Below, piece after piece: positions 36,576-49,378 of a stretch of DNA of 64,000 bases (position 1 is the first letter of the stretch; each line of letters begins with the position of its first letter). The stretch lies in the NCBI RefSeq assembly GCF_963921235.1, contig NC_086108.1, positions 112,284,001 to 112,348,000 on the forward strand, written 5' to 3'. The stretch comes from Mobula hypostoma (lineage: Eukaryota). The position numbers and the translations under genes were made by a program. Below the pieces are notes generated by a model, which had not been told where the DNA came from, did not search any database, and was given only the letters and a program-made list of their open reading frames with translations.

Positions 36576-36908
36576 GGCCTTCTATATATTGGCGAGACCC
36601 GACGCAGACCGAGAGATCGTTTTGCTGAACACCTACACTCTGTCCGCCAGAGAAAGCTGGATCTCCCAGTGGCCACACATTTTAATTCCACATCCCATTC
36701 TCATTCTGATGTCTATCCACGGTCTCCTCTACTGTAAAGATGAAGCCACACTCAGGTTGGAGGAACAACACCTTATATTCCGTCTGGGTAGCCTCCAACC
36801 TGACTGTACCTCTTCCTAGAGATGCTACCTGGCCTGCTGTGTTCACCAGCAACTTTGATGTGTGTTGCTTGAATTTTCAGCATCTGCAGAGTTCCTCGTG
36901 TTTACAGC
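36576..36908 (+). mobile_element. Penelope-like fragment with internal deletion and 11-bp TSD
   Basis: GIY-YIG remnant (LLYIGET..DEATLRLEEQHLIFRLGSLQPD) joined directly to the pLTR end. TSD CTTAGTGTTCT at 36565-36575 and 36909-36919. Confidence 0.85.
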
Positions 36909-37417
36909 CTTAGTGTTCTAGCTTCTTGCAATAGTACGTTCAAGAACAGTTACTACTCCTCAACCATTAGGCTCTAGAACAAAAGGGGATAACTTCACTC
37001 AACTTCACTTGCCCCATCAATGAACTGTTCCCACAACCAATGGACTCACTTTCAAAGGCTCTTCGTCTCACATTCTCATTATTTATTGCTATTTATTTAT
37101 ATTTACAGTTGCTCTGTCTGTTGATTTCCGCACTCTGGTTGCACACCCCAGCTGGGTGGTCTTTCATTGATCCTGTTATAGTTATTATTCTATAGATTTG
37201 TTCAGTATGTGCATAAGAAAATGAATATCAGGGTTGTATATAGTGACATATATGTAATTTGATAATAAAATTTACTTTGAAAAGGTGTGGGTTCAAGACC
37301 CACTCCAGAGACTTGAGTACAATATCCAAGCTGACACTCCCGGTGCAGAACCAGTGAGAAATGTCCTTCAGACTAGATATCATATTCCTTGTCTGTTCAT
37401 TTAAGGCCATACAGTCC

Positions 37418-38555
37418 ATAGAACATAGAATAGTACAGCACAGTACAGGCCCTTCGGCCCACATTGTTGTGCTGACACTCAAACCCTGCCTCCCATCTAA
37501 CCCCCCACCTTAAATTCCTCCATATCCCTGTCTAGCAGTCTCTTAATCTTCACTAGTGTATCTGCCTCCACCACTGACTCAGGATTGTATTCCACGCACC
37601 AACCACTCTCTGAGTAAAAAACCTTCCCCTAATATCTCCCTTGAACTTCCCACCCCTTACCTTAAAGCCATATCCTCTTCTATTGAGCAGTGGTGCCCTG
37701 GGGAAGAGGCTCTGGTTATCCACTCTATCTATTCCTCTTATTATCTTGTACACCTCTATCATGTCTCCTCTCACCCTCCTTCTCTCCAAAGAGTAAAGCC
37801 CTAGTTCCCTTCATCTCTGATCATAATCCATACTCTCTAAACCAGGCAGCATCCTGGTAAATCTCCTTTGTACCCTTTCCAATGCTTCCACATCCTTCCT
37901 ATAGTGAGGCGACCAGAACTGGACACAGTACTCCAAGTGTGGCCTAACCAGAGTTTTATAGAGCCTCATCATTACCTCGCGACTCTTAAACTCTATCCCT
38001 CGACTTATGAAATATAACACCCCATAAGCTTTCTTAACTACCCCATCTACCTGTGAGACAACTTTCAGGGATCTGTGGACATGTACCCCCAGATCTCTCT
38101 GCTCCTCCACACTACCAAGTATCCTGCCATTTACTTTGTACTCTAGTTTGGAGTTTGTCCTTCCAAAGTGTACCACCTCACACTTCTCCGGGTTGAACTC
38201 CATTTGCCACTTCTCAGTCCACTTCTGCAACCTATCAATGTCTCTCTGCAATCTTCAACAATCCTGTACACTATCTACAACACCACCAACCTTTGCGTCG
38301 TCTGCAAACTTGCCAACCTACCCTTCTACCCCCACATCCAGGTCGTTAATAAAAGTCATGAAAAGTAGAGGTCCCAGAACCGATCCTAGTGGGACACCAC
38401 TAGTCACAACCCTCCAATCCGAATGTACTCCCTCCACCACGACCCTCTGCCTTCTACAGGCAAGCCAATTCTGAATCCACCTGGCTGAACTTCCCTGGAT
38501 CCCATGCCTTCTGACTTTCTGAATAAGCCTACCATGTGGAACCTTGTCAAATGCA
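37418..38555 (-). mobile_element. CR1 LINE 3' ~1.1 kb, same young family as 33998-36500
   Basis: ORFs 37811..38251 and 38318..38587 are nearly identical to the 476-aa RT. Confidence 0.92.
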
Positions 38556-38579
38556 AGCAGAGAAATGGGCTCCTCATGC

Positions 38580-39072
38580 CCACACACACAAAATGCTGGA
38601 GGAACTCAGCAGGTCAAACAACATCCATAGAAATGAATAGTTAATGTTTCGAGCCGAGACCCTTCTTCAGGGTTGAAAAGGAAGGGGGAGGAGGTGAGAA
38701 TTAGAAGGAGGGGCAGGGGAAGGAGTTCAAGTTGGAAGGTGATAACCAGTGGGTGGGGAGGGGAGGAATGAAGTAAGAAGCTGGAATGTAATTGGTGGAA
38801 AAGGCAAAGGCAAAAGACGAAGGAGTCTGATAGGAAAGGACAGTGAATCATGGGAGAAAGGGAAGGAGGAAGGCACCAAAGGGAGGTGATAAGCAGGTGA
38901 GGAGAAGAAGTAAGAAGCCAGAGAGTGGACATGAAGAAGAGGGAAGGAAGAGAAGAATAAAATTACCAGAAGCTGAAGAAATAGATTTTCATGTCTTCAG
39001 TTGGAGACTACCCAGATGGAATATAAAGTGTTGCTCCTCTAACCCGAAAGTAGCCTCATCATGGCAGAAGAG
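38580..39072 (-). mobile_element. Penelope-like 3' end with degenerate hammerhead (CUGAAGA..GAAAC, ~38640-38672)
   Basis: pLTR end CACAAAATGCTGGAGGAACTCAGC, purine-rich tract, EATFGLEEQHFIFHLGSLQ remnant. Confidence 0.75.
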
Positions 39073-41169
39073 GTTCATGCCAAAGTTTACCCGCATTAGG
39101 TCTGTATCCTTTTATGCTTTGCCTGTTCAAGTACCTGCTCAAGTGTCGCATAAACATTGTGATTATATCTGATTCCACCACCTCATTGAGCAGCAAGTTA
39201 CAGATTTCAACCACTCTCTACTTTAAAAAAAAAATCATTGCTTTCAATCTCCTTTTAAAACTCCATTTTCTCAGCTCAAATTTTTGCTGTAATGTTTTTG
39301 GTACCCCTCCATGGAAAAAAAAATTATGAACGCCTACCTCACTTAGGCCAGTGAGAAGGACTGAGGGGTATGCACTGCCTGGGGTAGTGGTAGGGGCAAA
39401 TACTGTACATTAGGGACTTATAAGAGATGTGTCGATAGGCACACAAATGTGAGGTAAGTGGAAGGATATAGACATTGTGTTGGTGTTCAGAGTTCAATTC
39501 TGGCATCATCTGTTAGGAGTCTGTGCTTCCTCCTCGTGGAATGCATGGGATTTCCCTGGGTGCTCCAATTTCCTCCCACAGTACCAGGTAGATAATTAGT
39601 CATTGTAAACTGTCCCTTGGTTAGCTTAGGGTTGCTGGTGTGGCATGGCTTGAAGAGCTAGAATGGTCTATTCCATGCTGTACTGTATCTCTAAATAAAA
39701 TCAATAAATAAATTAATTAGTTCAGCATAACATTGTGGGCTCAAGTTCACGTTCCTGTACCGTACTGTTCTATGTTCACTTATGCTTCTTTTAATTCTAT
39801 ATCAAGCCACTCCCCAGTCTCCCTTACCACAGGGAAAAGACTAAAAAATTAGCTTTATTTGCACATGTACATTGAAATATACAGTGAAGTGTGTCATTTT
39901 ACATCAAATCAAATCATTGAGGTTTACATTACCACACTTCTGATGGTCACCATGAGAAGAATGTAGAAACTCCTTACTCCTTATGGTGGATGTGGAATCC
40001 TGATCATACAAATGGTACCGCAAAGTGTTGTGCCAACCGCTACGCTACTGTACCACCCCAATTGCTTTAAAGCAAGCCCAGCCTATTCAGTCTCTTCCCG
40101 TAATCAAAATCATTCAATCTAGGCAACATCTTGCTGAATCTCCTCTCCACTCTCTCCACTGTAACCAATTCCTCTTTGCCAATGCTTTGAACAATATCAT
40201 TTCAAATGATAACCTAATCATGAGTGCTTTTGGAAGTTTACCATCTACAAATTGGATACAGTGTGTCATGTATGAAATGTATCAATGATTCAAAAAATGG
40301 TGATGTAATGGACAGTTCATTAAGGTCATTATAATCCGGGGTGGGGAAATTAGTGGGAACAAGCTCATACTACCTATTAAATGCTCCGAATTGGTGTACA
40401 TCTCAAACAATCTCTGACAACCAAGTCCAGCTCCTGGCCTTCATGTGTAGTTTAGTTACTAAACCTGGTGGAACCATTTCTGCTGACAGGAGAAGGGACA
40501 AAGACAGATTACTGGCACCTTAAAACCAGTTACTCTGGGCAGATGGGGCTCATCAGCGGTAGTTGGTAGATCATCTAGGAAAAGGAGAACTCTGATCTCA
40601 ACATCCACTGCCTTGTGGCTTTACCCAATCATGGAGAAGGCTTTGGGAGTAAACCTACAGAAAAATCCAGAGCTGGAGTCACCAAGGCAATCCTATGTTG
40701 AGTTTGATACTGACTGGCAATTCCTGAAACACTGGTGGTGCCAAATTTTATTGGTCTCTCGTTCCTTTCGATTGATTCATCAGCGATGTGGAGAGAGGAG
40801 TGCTTGCTGCATGCGTAACAGCTTGCTCTCCATATCATACTGCCTTGGCTTGCATATCAAATGTTGAAATCTACGACATAACATCCATGGTTGGTCCCAA
40901 CCACAGAGGGCCTACAGTGTGGTGGACAGTAAAGGAGGTTAAAATAATATCTAGCTGAAGTGGGAAAGTGAGAAAAGGAATGACAGATGGAATTTATTGA
41001 TAGATGGATAGCTCCAAATTTTTCCTCAGTGTTAATTTCTGAAGCCTTCCCCGTGAGTAGGAATAGCCCCAAGCAAGGCAGCGGTGGTTTGACATCAGAA
41101 TTTTTCTTCTAGTTGAGCTGCCAACCATGGCTGATGAGCCCCATCTGCCTGGGTACAGAAAAACCTCTT

Positions 41170-42475
41170 GTACTTAACTCTTATATATAACTTGGTTGAC
41201 AGACTCAAATGCCATTGATCTGGCCCTCAGCAGATTGTGGATCTCATAGTTCATCCAGGGCTTCTGGGTAGGGAAGACTGAATGATTTTGTAGGGATACA
41301 CTCACGTACGACTGCTTTTATAAAGCCTGTGACAACCGTAGTGTATTTGTTCAGATCCTCTGATGATCCATTGAACACGGCCCAGTCCACCAACTCGGTG
41401 CAATCCCATAGCCTCCCCTCTGCCTCCCACGATCACCTCTTTGTTGTCTTTATCTCTAGAGGCTTGCTCTTTAGCCTCTGCCTGTATCCAGGTAGGTGGA
41501 GGACAGGTAAGTAGCCAGATCCCACAAAATGTGGTCTAGGTATGGAATAGAAGGCATTCATAATTGTAGTATTACAGTGTGTCGAGTGTGTTGGAACCCA
41601 TGGTACTGAAGGTGATATATTGATAATAAATGGGCAGAGATTCCTTCAAACAAGCCTGATTGTCCCCAACTATGATTTGAACACATTGGAGTAGGCTATT
41701 TCTTGTTCGCTAATCACAACATTCAGTACATTGAATATTTGTTTAAAATGTGCTTTTGACAGTATGTAAACTGCTGTCAGGATCACAGAGAAGAACAGTC
41801 ATGAGTGTTGATGTACAGTACATTGTCCAGTTCTCTTCAGCTTCCTCAGAAAGTAGAGACATTGGTGAGCTTTCTTGATTGTGTATGATGCGTTCTGCAC
41901 ACTCCCAGGAGTTTGAAACTGCTCGCAGCTTCTACTGCTGTGCCACCAATGTAAAGAGGGGTGTGAGTGATGCAAATTCTCCTGAAGTCAATTATCATTT
42001 CCTTTGTCTTGTTGACATTAAGGGAGAAGTTACTTGCTTGGCACCAGGCCTTAACCTCTTCTATCTCCTCTCAATAGACAATAGACAATAGGTGCAGGAG
42101 TAGGCCATTCGGCCCTTCGAGCCAGCAGTGCCATTCACTGTGATCATGGCTGATCATTCACAATCAGTATCCAGTTCCTGCCTTATCCCCATAACCTTTG
42201 ATTCCGCTGTCTTTAAGAGCTCTATCCTTTCTATAGGCCTCTCATCGTTGTTGGTGTTGAGCCTGACCACTGTCGTGTCATTGGCGAACTTGACAATGTG
42301 ATGACCCAGGTGTTTGACTCTGCAGTCATGTGTGAGCAGAGTGTACAACAATGGGCTCAACGCACGTCCCCGGGAGCCTCCTGTGTTGAGAGTGATGGGC
42401 AGGGAGGAGGGGGTGTACAACCGGACTATTTGAAGTCTTGGTAGAAAGTCCAACACCCAGTCACACACTGATGTA
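41170..42475 (-). mobile_element. Rex1 LINE fragments (post-EN and RT regions) with a CR1 tail nested at ~42070-42225
   Basis: KPWMNYEI-like segment; LSPLLYTLLTHDC..KFANDT (ORF 42154..42468). Confidence 0.7.
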
Positions 42476-42477
42476 TT

Positions 42478-45400
42478 TAGATAGATAGATAGATACTTTA
42501 TTGATTCTAAAGGAAATTACAGTGTCATAGTAGCATTACAAGTGCACAGATATACAAATATTAGAAGAGAAATAAGAAAGAATAAAGAATAAGTTACCTC
42601 AAACAGTCTAACAGGAGGATGTTGGATTATCAGTTCCCTGACTATAGGTTGACTCATTAGGGAGCCTAATGGAGGGTAAGAATGGCCTCATGTAGTGCTC
42701 TTTGGAGCAGTGCATTTGTCTTAGTCTATTACTAAAAGTGCTCCTCTGTTCAGCCAATTTGGCATGCAGAGGGCAAGAAACATTGTCCAGAATTGTCAGG
42801 ATTTTCCATAAGGTCCTTTAATCTTCCACAGCTTCTCTAACAGAGCCAGCCATTCTAATCAGTTTATTGAGCCTGCTGGCATCACTCATGTTGATGCCAT
42901 TGCCCCAGCACACCACCACATAGAAGATTGTACTGGCAATAACAGATTGGTAGAATATGTAAAGGAGAGGCCTGCATACCCTGAAGGACCTTAGTCTGCT
43001 CAGGAAGTAGAGGCAACTCTGGCCCTTCTTGTACACAGTCTCTGTGTTGGTGCTCCACTCAAGCCTGTCATCCAGGTGCACCCCCAGGTACTTGTAGGTT
43101 CTCACCACATCCATGTCCTCACCATCAATAGTAACTTAAACAGTCTTCCTAAAGTCCATCACCTTTATCTTACTGATGTTGAGCTGCAGATGATTCAGCT
43201 TGCACCATTTGACAAAGTCCTCCACCAGGGCCTGTATTCATCCTTCCATCTTTCCTTATACACCCAACTATTGCTGAGTCATCAGAGAATTTCTGCAGAT
43301 GATATGACCCAGCGTTGAATCTGAAGTTCAAGGTATACAGGGTAAACAGGAAAGGAGCCAATACAATCCCATGTGGGGCCCCAGTGCTACTTATAGCCAT
43401 GTCTGACATACACCTCTGAAGCTGCACAAACTGTGGTCTGTCAGTCAGGTGTCCATTATCCTGGAAGTGCCAACCTGCATTGAACAGAGCTCTTCCCCCA
43501 GCAATGAGGGCTCTATGTTATCGAAGGCACTTGAGAAATCAAAAAAAAACATGCTCACAGTGCTGCCCTGCTTATCCAAATGGGAGTAGGCTCTGTTCAG
43601 CAGTTAGGTGACAACATCTCCAACTCCAATGTGCTCCTGGCGGGGAATCAAGGGCTGATCTGACCACGGGTTGGAGATGAACCAGGACCAGCCTCTCTAG
43701 GGTTTTCAAGATGTGTGAGGTCACTATGGTAGTCATTCAAGAGTTTTGGTTGGCCTTTCTTGGCTACTGGGACCATACATGATGTTTTCCACACAGCTAG
43801 GACCCTTTCCAGGTCAACACTCAGACTGAAAAGGCATTGGAGAATTCCACATTGCTGCTCAGCACACTCCTTCAGGTCCTTGGGGTTCATACCGTCCGGT
43901 CACAATGCTTTGCCGTGTCTGAGTTGCCCCAAAGCTGTTCTCAGCTGCTAAGTAGTGAAGGTGAGTCCATGATGACAGGGCGTTGGTGAAAGGTGGGGGC
44001 TGGGGGAGGTGAAGATCAAAACGCTAGCACTTGGTATCTGGAGGTGTGAATGGTCGGTGTTGGGCAAAGAGGAGATGTAGCCAATGTTAGCCTGTGTTGT
44101 TCATTCACGTGTTGAACTGGAGGGGGAAGGAGGGAAGAGAGGAGGTGTAGATGCTGAGGGAGTGCTGGGTGCCTTAGCACCTGCGACCTGGGGGGTGTGA
44201 ACAGGAGGGCAATTGTCAAACCTATTGAAGAATTGATTTACAAGCAAGAGAAAATCTGCAGGTGGTAGAAATCTGAGCAACACACACAAAATGCCGAAGG
44301 AACTCAGTAGGCCAGGCAGCATCTAAGGAAAAATGTGCAGTCGGCATTTCAGGCCAAAACCCTTTGGCAGGACTGGAGAAAAAAAGCGGAGGAGTAGATT
44401 TAGAAGGTGGGGGGAGGGGAGAGAGAAGCACGAGGTGATAGGTGAATCCAGGAGGGGATGAAGTAAAGAGCTGGGAAGTTGATTGGATGAAAGAGACAAA
44501 GGCCATGGAAGAAAGAAAAAAGAGGGGAGGAACACCAGAAGGAGGTGATGGGTGGGCAAGGAGAAAAGGTGAGAGAGGGAAAAGGACATGGAAAATGGTA
44601 AAGGGGGTGGGGGTGAGTGTGGGGATTACCGGAAGTTTGAGAAATCAATGTTCATGTTTGAGAATTATCCAAACAGAATATAAAGTGTTTCTTCTTCCAA
44701 CCTAAGTGTGGCCTCATCAGACAGTGGTGAGGCCATGGATGGACTTATCGGAATGAGAATGGGAAGTGGAATTAAAATGGGTGGCCACTGGGAGATCCTG
44801 CTTGTTCTGACGGGTGGAGTATAGATGCTCAGTGAAGCAGTCTCCCAATCTACATCGAGTCTCACCAATATACAGGAGGCCACACCGAGAGCACCGGAAA
44901 CAGTAAATGACCCCCAACATACTCACAGGTGAAGTGTTGCCTGCTTAGAGCCCTGAATGGTGGCGAGGGAGGAGGTATAGGGGCATCCTCCCGCCACCCT
45001 ATCAGGGATAGGGTTTCTCTTATACTCAACTCCCACCCCACCAGCCTCTGCATCCAACACATAATTCTCCACAACTTCTGCTACGTCCAACAGGATCCCA
45101 CCACCAAGCACATCTTTCCCTCCTCCGCGCCCCCCCCCCCCAGTTTCTGCTTTCTGCAGAGATCACTCCTATGCAACTCCCTTGTCCATTCATCCCTCCC
45201 CACTGATCTCACTTCTGGCACTTATGCTTGCAAGCGGAACAAGTGCTGCACCTGCCCCTTTCTTTATTGTTCACTTTGTAGGTCTTTGTTGCTTTTTAAA
45301 GTTTTCCCAATCTTCCAGTTCCCACTACACTTGGTGACTTTGTATGCATGATGCCTTCTTTTATTCCCTTAGTAATCCGAGGCTGGCTCTCCCCATCCTT

Positions 45401-47060
45401 ACTGTCCTTGCTTTTAACTGGAATATAGTTTTGTTGACCATTGTTCCTCAACTGTCCCACTATATAGCCTGTGTTTCCAGCCTACACTAGCCAAATCCTC
45501 CCTCATCCCTTCGTAGTCTCCATTGTTTAGACATAATGCACTGGTTTTAGATTGAACTATTGCACCCTCCATTTGTATGAAAGATTCAATCATACTGTGA
45601 TCACTGCTTCCAAGAGGATCCCTAACTACAATATCATTAATTTTAGTTGTCTCATTCCACAGGACCAGATCTAGATAACATGTTCCCTTGTAGGTTCGGT
45701 AACATGCTGTTCAAGAAAGCCATCACGGAAGCATTCTATGAAGTCCTCCTCAAGACTGCCTCAACCAACTTGATTCACCCAATCTATGTGCAAGTTAAAG
45801 TCTCCCATGATAACTGCTGCTCCATTCTTACACACCTCGGGTATTTCTCTGTTTATTGCCTGTGCCACTGTAATGTTATTATTCGGTGGCCGATAGACAA
45901 CTCCCAGAAGTGATTTATTTTCCTTTACTATTTCTAATCTCTACCCAGATGGATTCAACATTCTGTTCTTTAGATCTTATAAAGTCTCTCACTATCGCCC
46001 TGATCTCATCCTTAACTAAGAATGCTACCCCACCTCCCTTACCAATCCTTTCCACCCTGCAACCACGTCTCTGTAATGGCCACTAAATCATATCTTTGTG
46101 CTGATTTGTGCCATGAGTTCACTGACCTTGTTTCAAATACTGCGGGCATTCAAATAAAGTGCCCTTACACTCACAGTGTTTTTAAAACCTTATAATCTTT
46201 TACACTTTTGCACTTGACTTTTTTTCAGTCCACTCTTACTTTTCCCTTTTTCATCTTTTGCTATTTCTTTTTCTTTATCCACACTTTTCTTTTTTACTTT
46301 ATCTATACTTCTCCAATCTGTTGTACCCACCTCCTACTATTTAGTTTAAAGCTCTATCCACAGCCCGTGTTATGTAATTTGCTAGGATCCAGGTCCCATC
46401 ACGGTTCAGGTGGACCCCATCCCTTTGGTACAGCTCCCTCCTTCCCCAATACTGGTGCCAATTTCCCATACATTCAAACCCACTTCTCCCACACCAATCC
46501 TTGAGCCACACATTTAACTCTCTAACCTTCTTGCCCCTATGCCAATTTGCATGTGGTTCAGGTAATAATCTAGAGATGACTACCTTTTTGGTTCTGCATT
46601 TTAATTTAGTCCCTAGCTGCTCAAATTCCCTCAGTAGAGCCTCTTTCTTGTTCTACCTGTTTCGTTGGTACCCACGTGGACCATGACTACAGGATCTTTC
46701 TCCTCCCACCTGGTGTTTCTCTCTCCCCTTCCCCCACCTTTTAAATCTACTCAGCTTTTTTTCTCCAGTCCTGCCGAAGGGCTTCAACCTGAAACATCAA
46801 CTTTACTTTTTTTTCATAGATGCTGCCTGGCCTGCTGAGTTCCTCCAGCATTTTGTGTGTGTTGAAGAATTGATTTAACTCATTAGCCCATTAATGGCTG
46901 CATTCCAAGGCTCTACAGCTAGGCTGATTGAAATCAGTACTTCATGTCTCTAAACAACTCCTACGTGCTACTCTGCCCAAGCTTGTTCTCCAGTTCTCTC
47001 TTGTATTCTTCTTTAGCCACCTTGATCTTCACCTTTAGCTCCCTCTGCACATTTAGTCTA
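42478..47060 (-). mobile_element. Rex1 LINE (42478-44240, continuing 46878-~47060) split by a composite PLE insertion
   Basis: TGAPHGIVLAPFLFTLYT..KFSDD, YKYLGVHLD, WKTSCMVPVAK; the ELNQFFNRFD motif spans the TSD; (GATA)n tail. Confidence 0.85.
44241..46861. mobile_element. Composite Penelope-like insertion: PLE(-) 44241-~44985, inverted PLE(+) ~44985-45260, CR1 internal piece(-) ~45260-46705, PLE pLTR(+) ~46710-46861
   Basis: 16-bp TSD TTGAAGAATTGATTTA at 44225-44240 and 46862-46877; GIY-YIG ORF 44717..44926; inverted pLTR ends. Confidence 0.8.
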
Positions 47061-47543
47061 AGGAGTAGGAGTCAATTCACTCCTGGCAGGAGTAGGAGTT
47101 TTGACTCTCGTGAAAAAATTCAGGACATAATTCAATTGTTTTAAAATCCTTTGGGACACTCTGAAATCACAATGTGTAAATTCAACTTTGCAAACATTGG
47201 CAAACATCTATAAGGAATTTGTATGTTCTCCCAGTGACCACGTGCGTTCCCTCTGGGTTCTCTGGTTTCTTACCACATTGCAAACACATTTGTGAGTTGT
47301 AGCCATGCTATGTTGAAACAGGAACCACGGCAACAATTGTGGGCTGCCCCCAGCACAAATCCTCGCTGACTTGATTTGACGTAAACAACATATTTCACTG
47401 TATGCTTTGATGTTGCAGTGTACTGTACTTATGACAAATAAAGAAGTTTTTCAACTTCTTTCTTTTTGTGATCAGCCCATCCAATACCTAGAGAAACAAA
47501 ATAAGTAAAAACATTCATTTGAAGACATAAAATCAATTATATA

Positions 47544-48092
47544 CACTTAATAGTCCCCTTTATTAGGTACATCTGTACACCTGCTTAATAATGCAAATAT
47601 CTAATCAGCCAATTATGCAGCAACAATTCAAAGCATAAAAGCATGTAGACATGATCAAGAGGTTCAGTTGTTGTTCAGACCAAACATCAGAATGAGGAAG
47701 AAATATGATCGAAGTGACTTTGACCATGGAATGATTGTTGGTGCCAGATGGGGGAGGGGCGGTTTGCATATCTCAGAAACTGCTGACCTCCTGAGTTTTC
47801 ATGCAGAGCAGTATCTGGAGTTTACAGAGAATGGTGCGAAAAACAAAAAAAAAATCAGCGGCAGTTCTGTGGGCAAAATGAGAGCAGCCCAAGGAGAATG
47901 GCCAGACCAGTTCAAACTGACAGTAACTCAAACAGCCACACATTACAACAGTGGTGGACAGAAGAGCATCCCTGAAGGCACAACACGTTGAACCTTGAAG
48001 TGGATGGTCTATAGCAGCAGAAAATCACGAACATTGACTCAGTGGCCACTTTATTTGGTACAGGAGGTACACAATAAAGTGGCCATTGAGTG
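47544..48092 (+). mobile_element. Tc1-like non-autonomous transposon retaining the N-terminal HTH region
   Basis: TIR CACT(CAGTGGCCA)CTTTATTAGGTAC, degenerate at left and intact at right; ORF 47668..47991 SDFDHGMIVGAR..ISETADLL. Confidence 0.8.
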
Positions 48093-49378
48093 CATAGAGA
48101 TGCAAAAGAGAAAATAAAATTTAATTGAAGCCATAAATCAATTATAAACATTGCTTAGTTGGAATAATGAATGTGTCTGTAAACAGTTTTTAATGCATTC
48201 TGCTGCTTTTTGGGACCATAGAACATAGAACAGTACAGCACAGGAACAGGCCCTTTGGTCTACACTGCTGTGCCGAACTAAATAAATTAGTAATTAAATA
48301 ACTAACACAATACCTTCCGTTTTCCTCACATTCATGTGCCTACCTAAACATCTTATAAAAGTCTCTCATGTACCTACCTCTATCACTACCCCAGTTCAGA
48401 GTTCAAAGCAAATTTATTATCAAAGTACATACATGTCATCATATACAATCCTGAGATTCATTTTCTTGCAGGCATATTCAATAAATCAATAGAATAATAA
48501 CCATAACAGAATCAATGAAAGACCACTCAGCTGGGCATTTAACTAGTGCACAGAAGACAACAAACTGTTCAAATACCAAAAGAAAGAATTAATAATTAAT
48601 AATAATAAATAAATAAGAAATAAGTATCAAGAAAATTAGATGAAGAATCCTTGAAATAGAGTCTATTAGAAGTGAGGCAAGTGAAGTTATCCACTTTGGT
48701 TCAAGAGCTTGATGGTAATAACTGTTCCTGAACCTGGTGGTTTGAGTCCTGAGACTCCTGTACCTCTTTCCTGAGGACAGCAGTGAGAACAGAGCATGCA
48801 TGTCCTGCGTGGTGGGGGGGAGGGTCTCTGCTGATGGATCAGGCAGTGCATTCAAGGCACCCACCACTCTCTGTATAAGAAAACTTGCCCCTCATGTTCC
48901 AACAACCTGTGGACTCACTTTCAAGTAATCTTCAACTCATAAAACATAGAACATAGAAGAGTACAGCACAGGAACAGGCTATTCAGTCCACAATTTTGTG
49001 CTGAATGAGCTAAAAAAGCAAATCAAAAACACCCAAATACTAATCCCTCCTACCTACACCATGCCCATAACCCGCTATCTTCCTTACATCCAGGTGCCTA
49101 TGTAAACATCTCTTAAAAGCCTCCAATGTATTAGCCTTTAGCACCATACCAGGCAGGGCATCCAGGCATCCACGACCCTGAGTGAAAAACTTATCCCTTT
49201 CAGCTAGACAGGCAAGCTGCTGGTTCAACCCTCTGTTTTGCATGGTAAATTAGACTGATCACTGTGCATTTAATAACTCTTGGCTAGCTTCACTGAACTT
49301 AGCAGTTAATAGACTAGGTAGACAAAATTTACTAGGATATTGCTGGGACATGAGGACATGAGTTATAGGGATGGGTTG

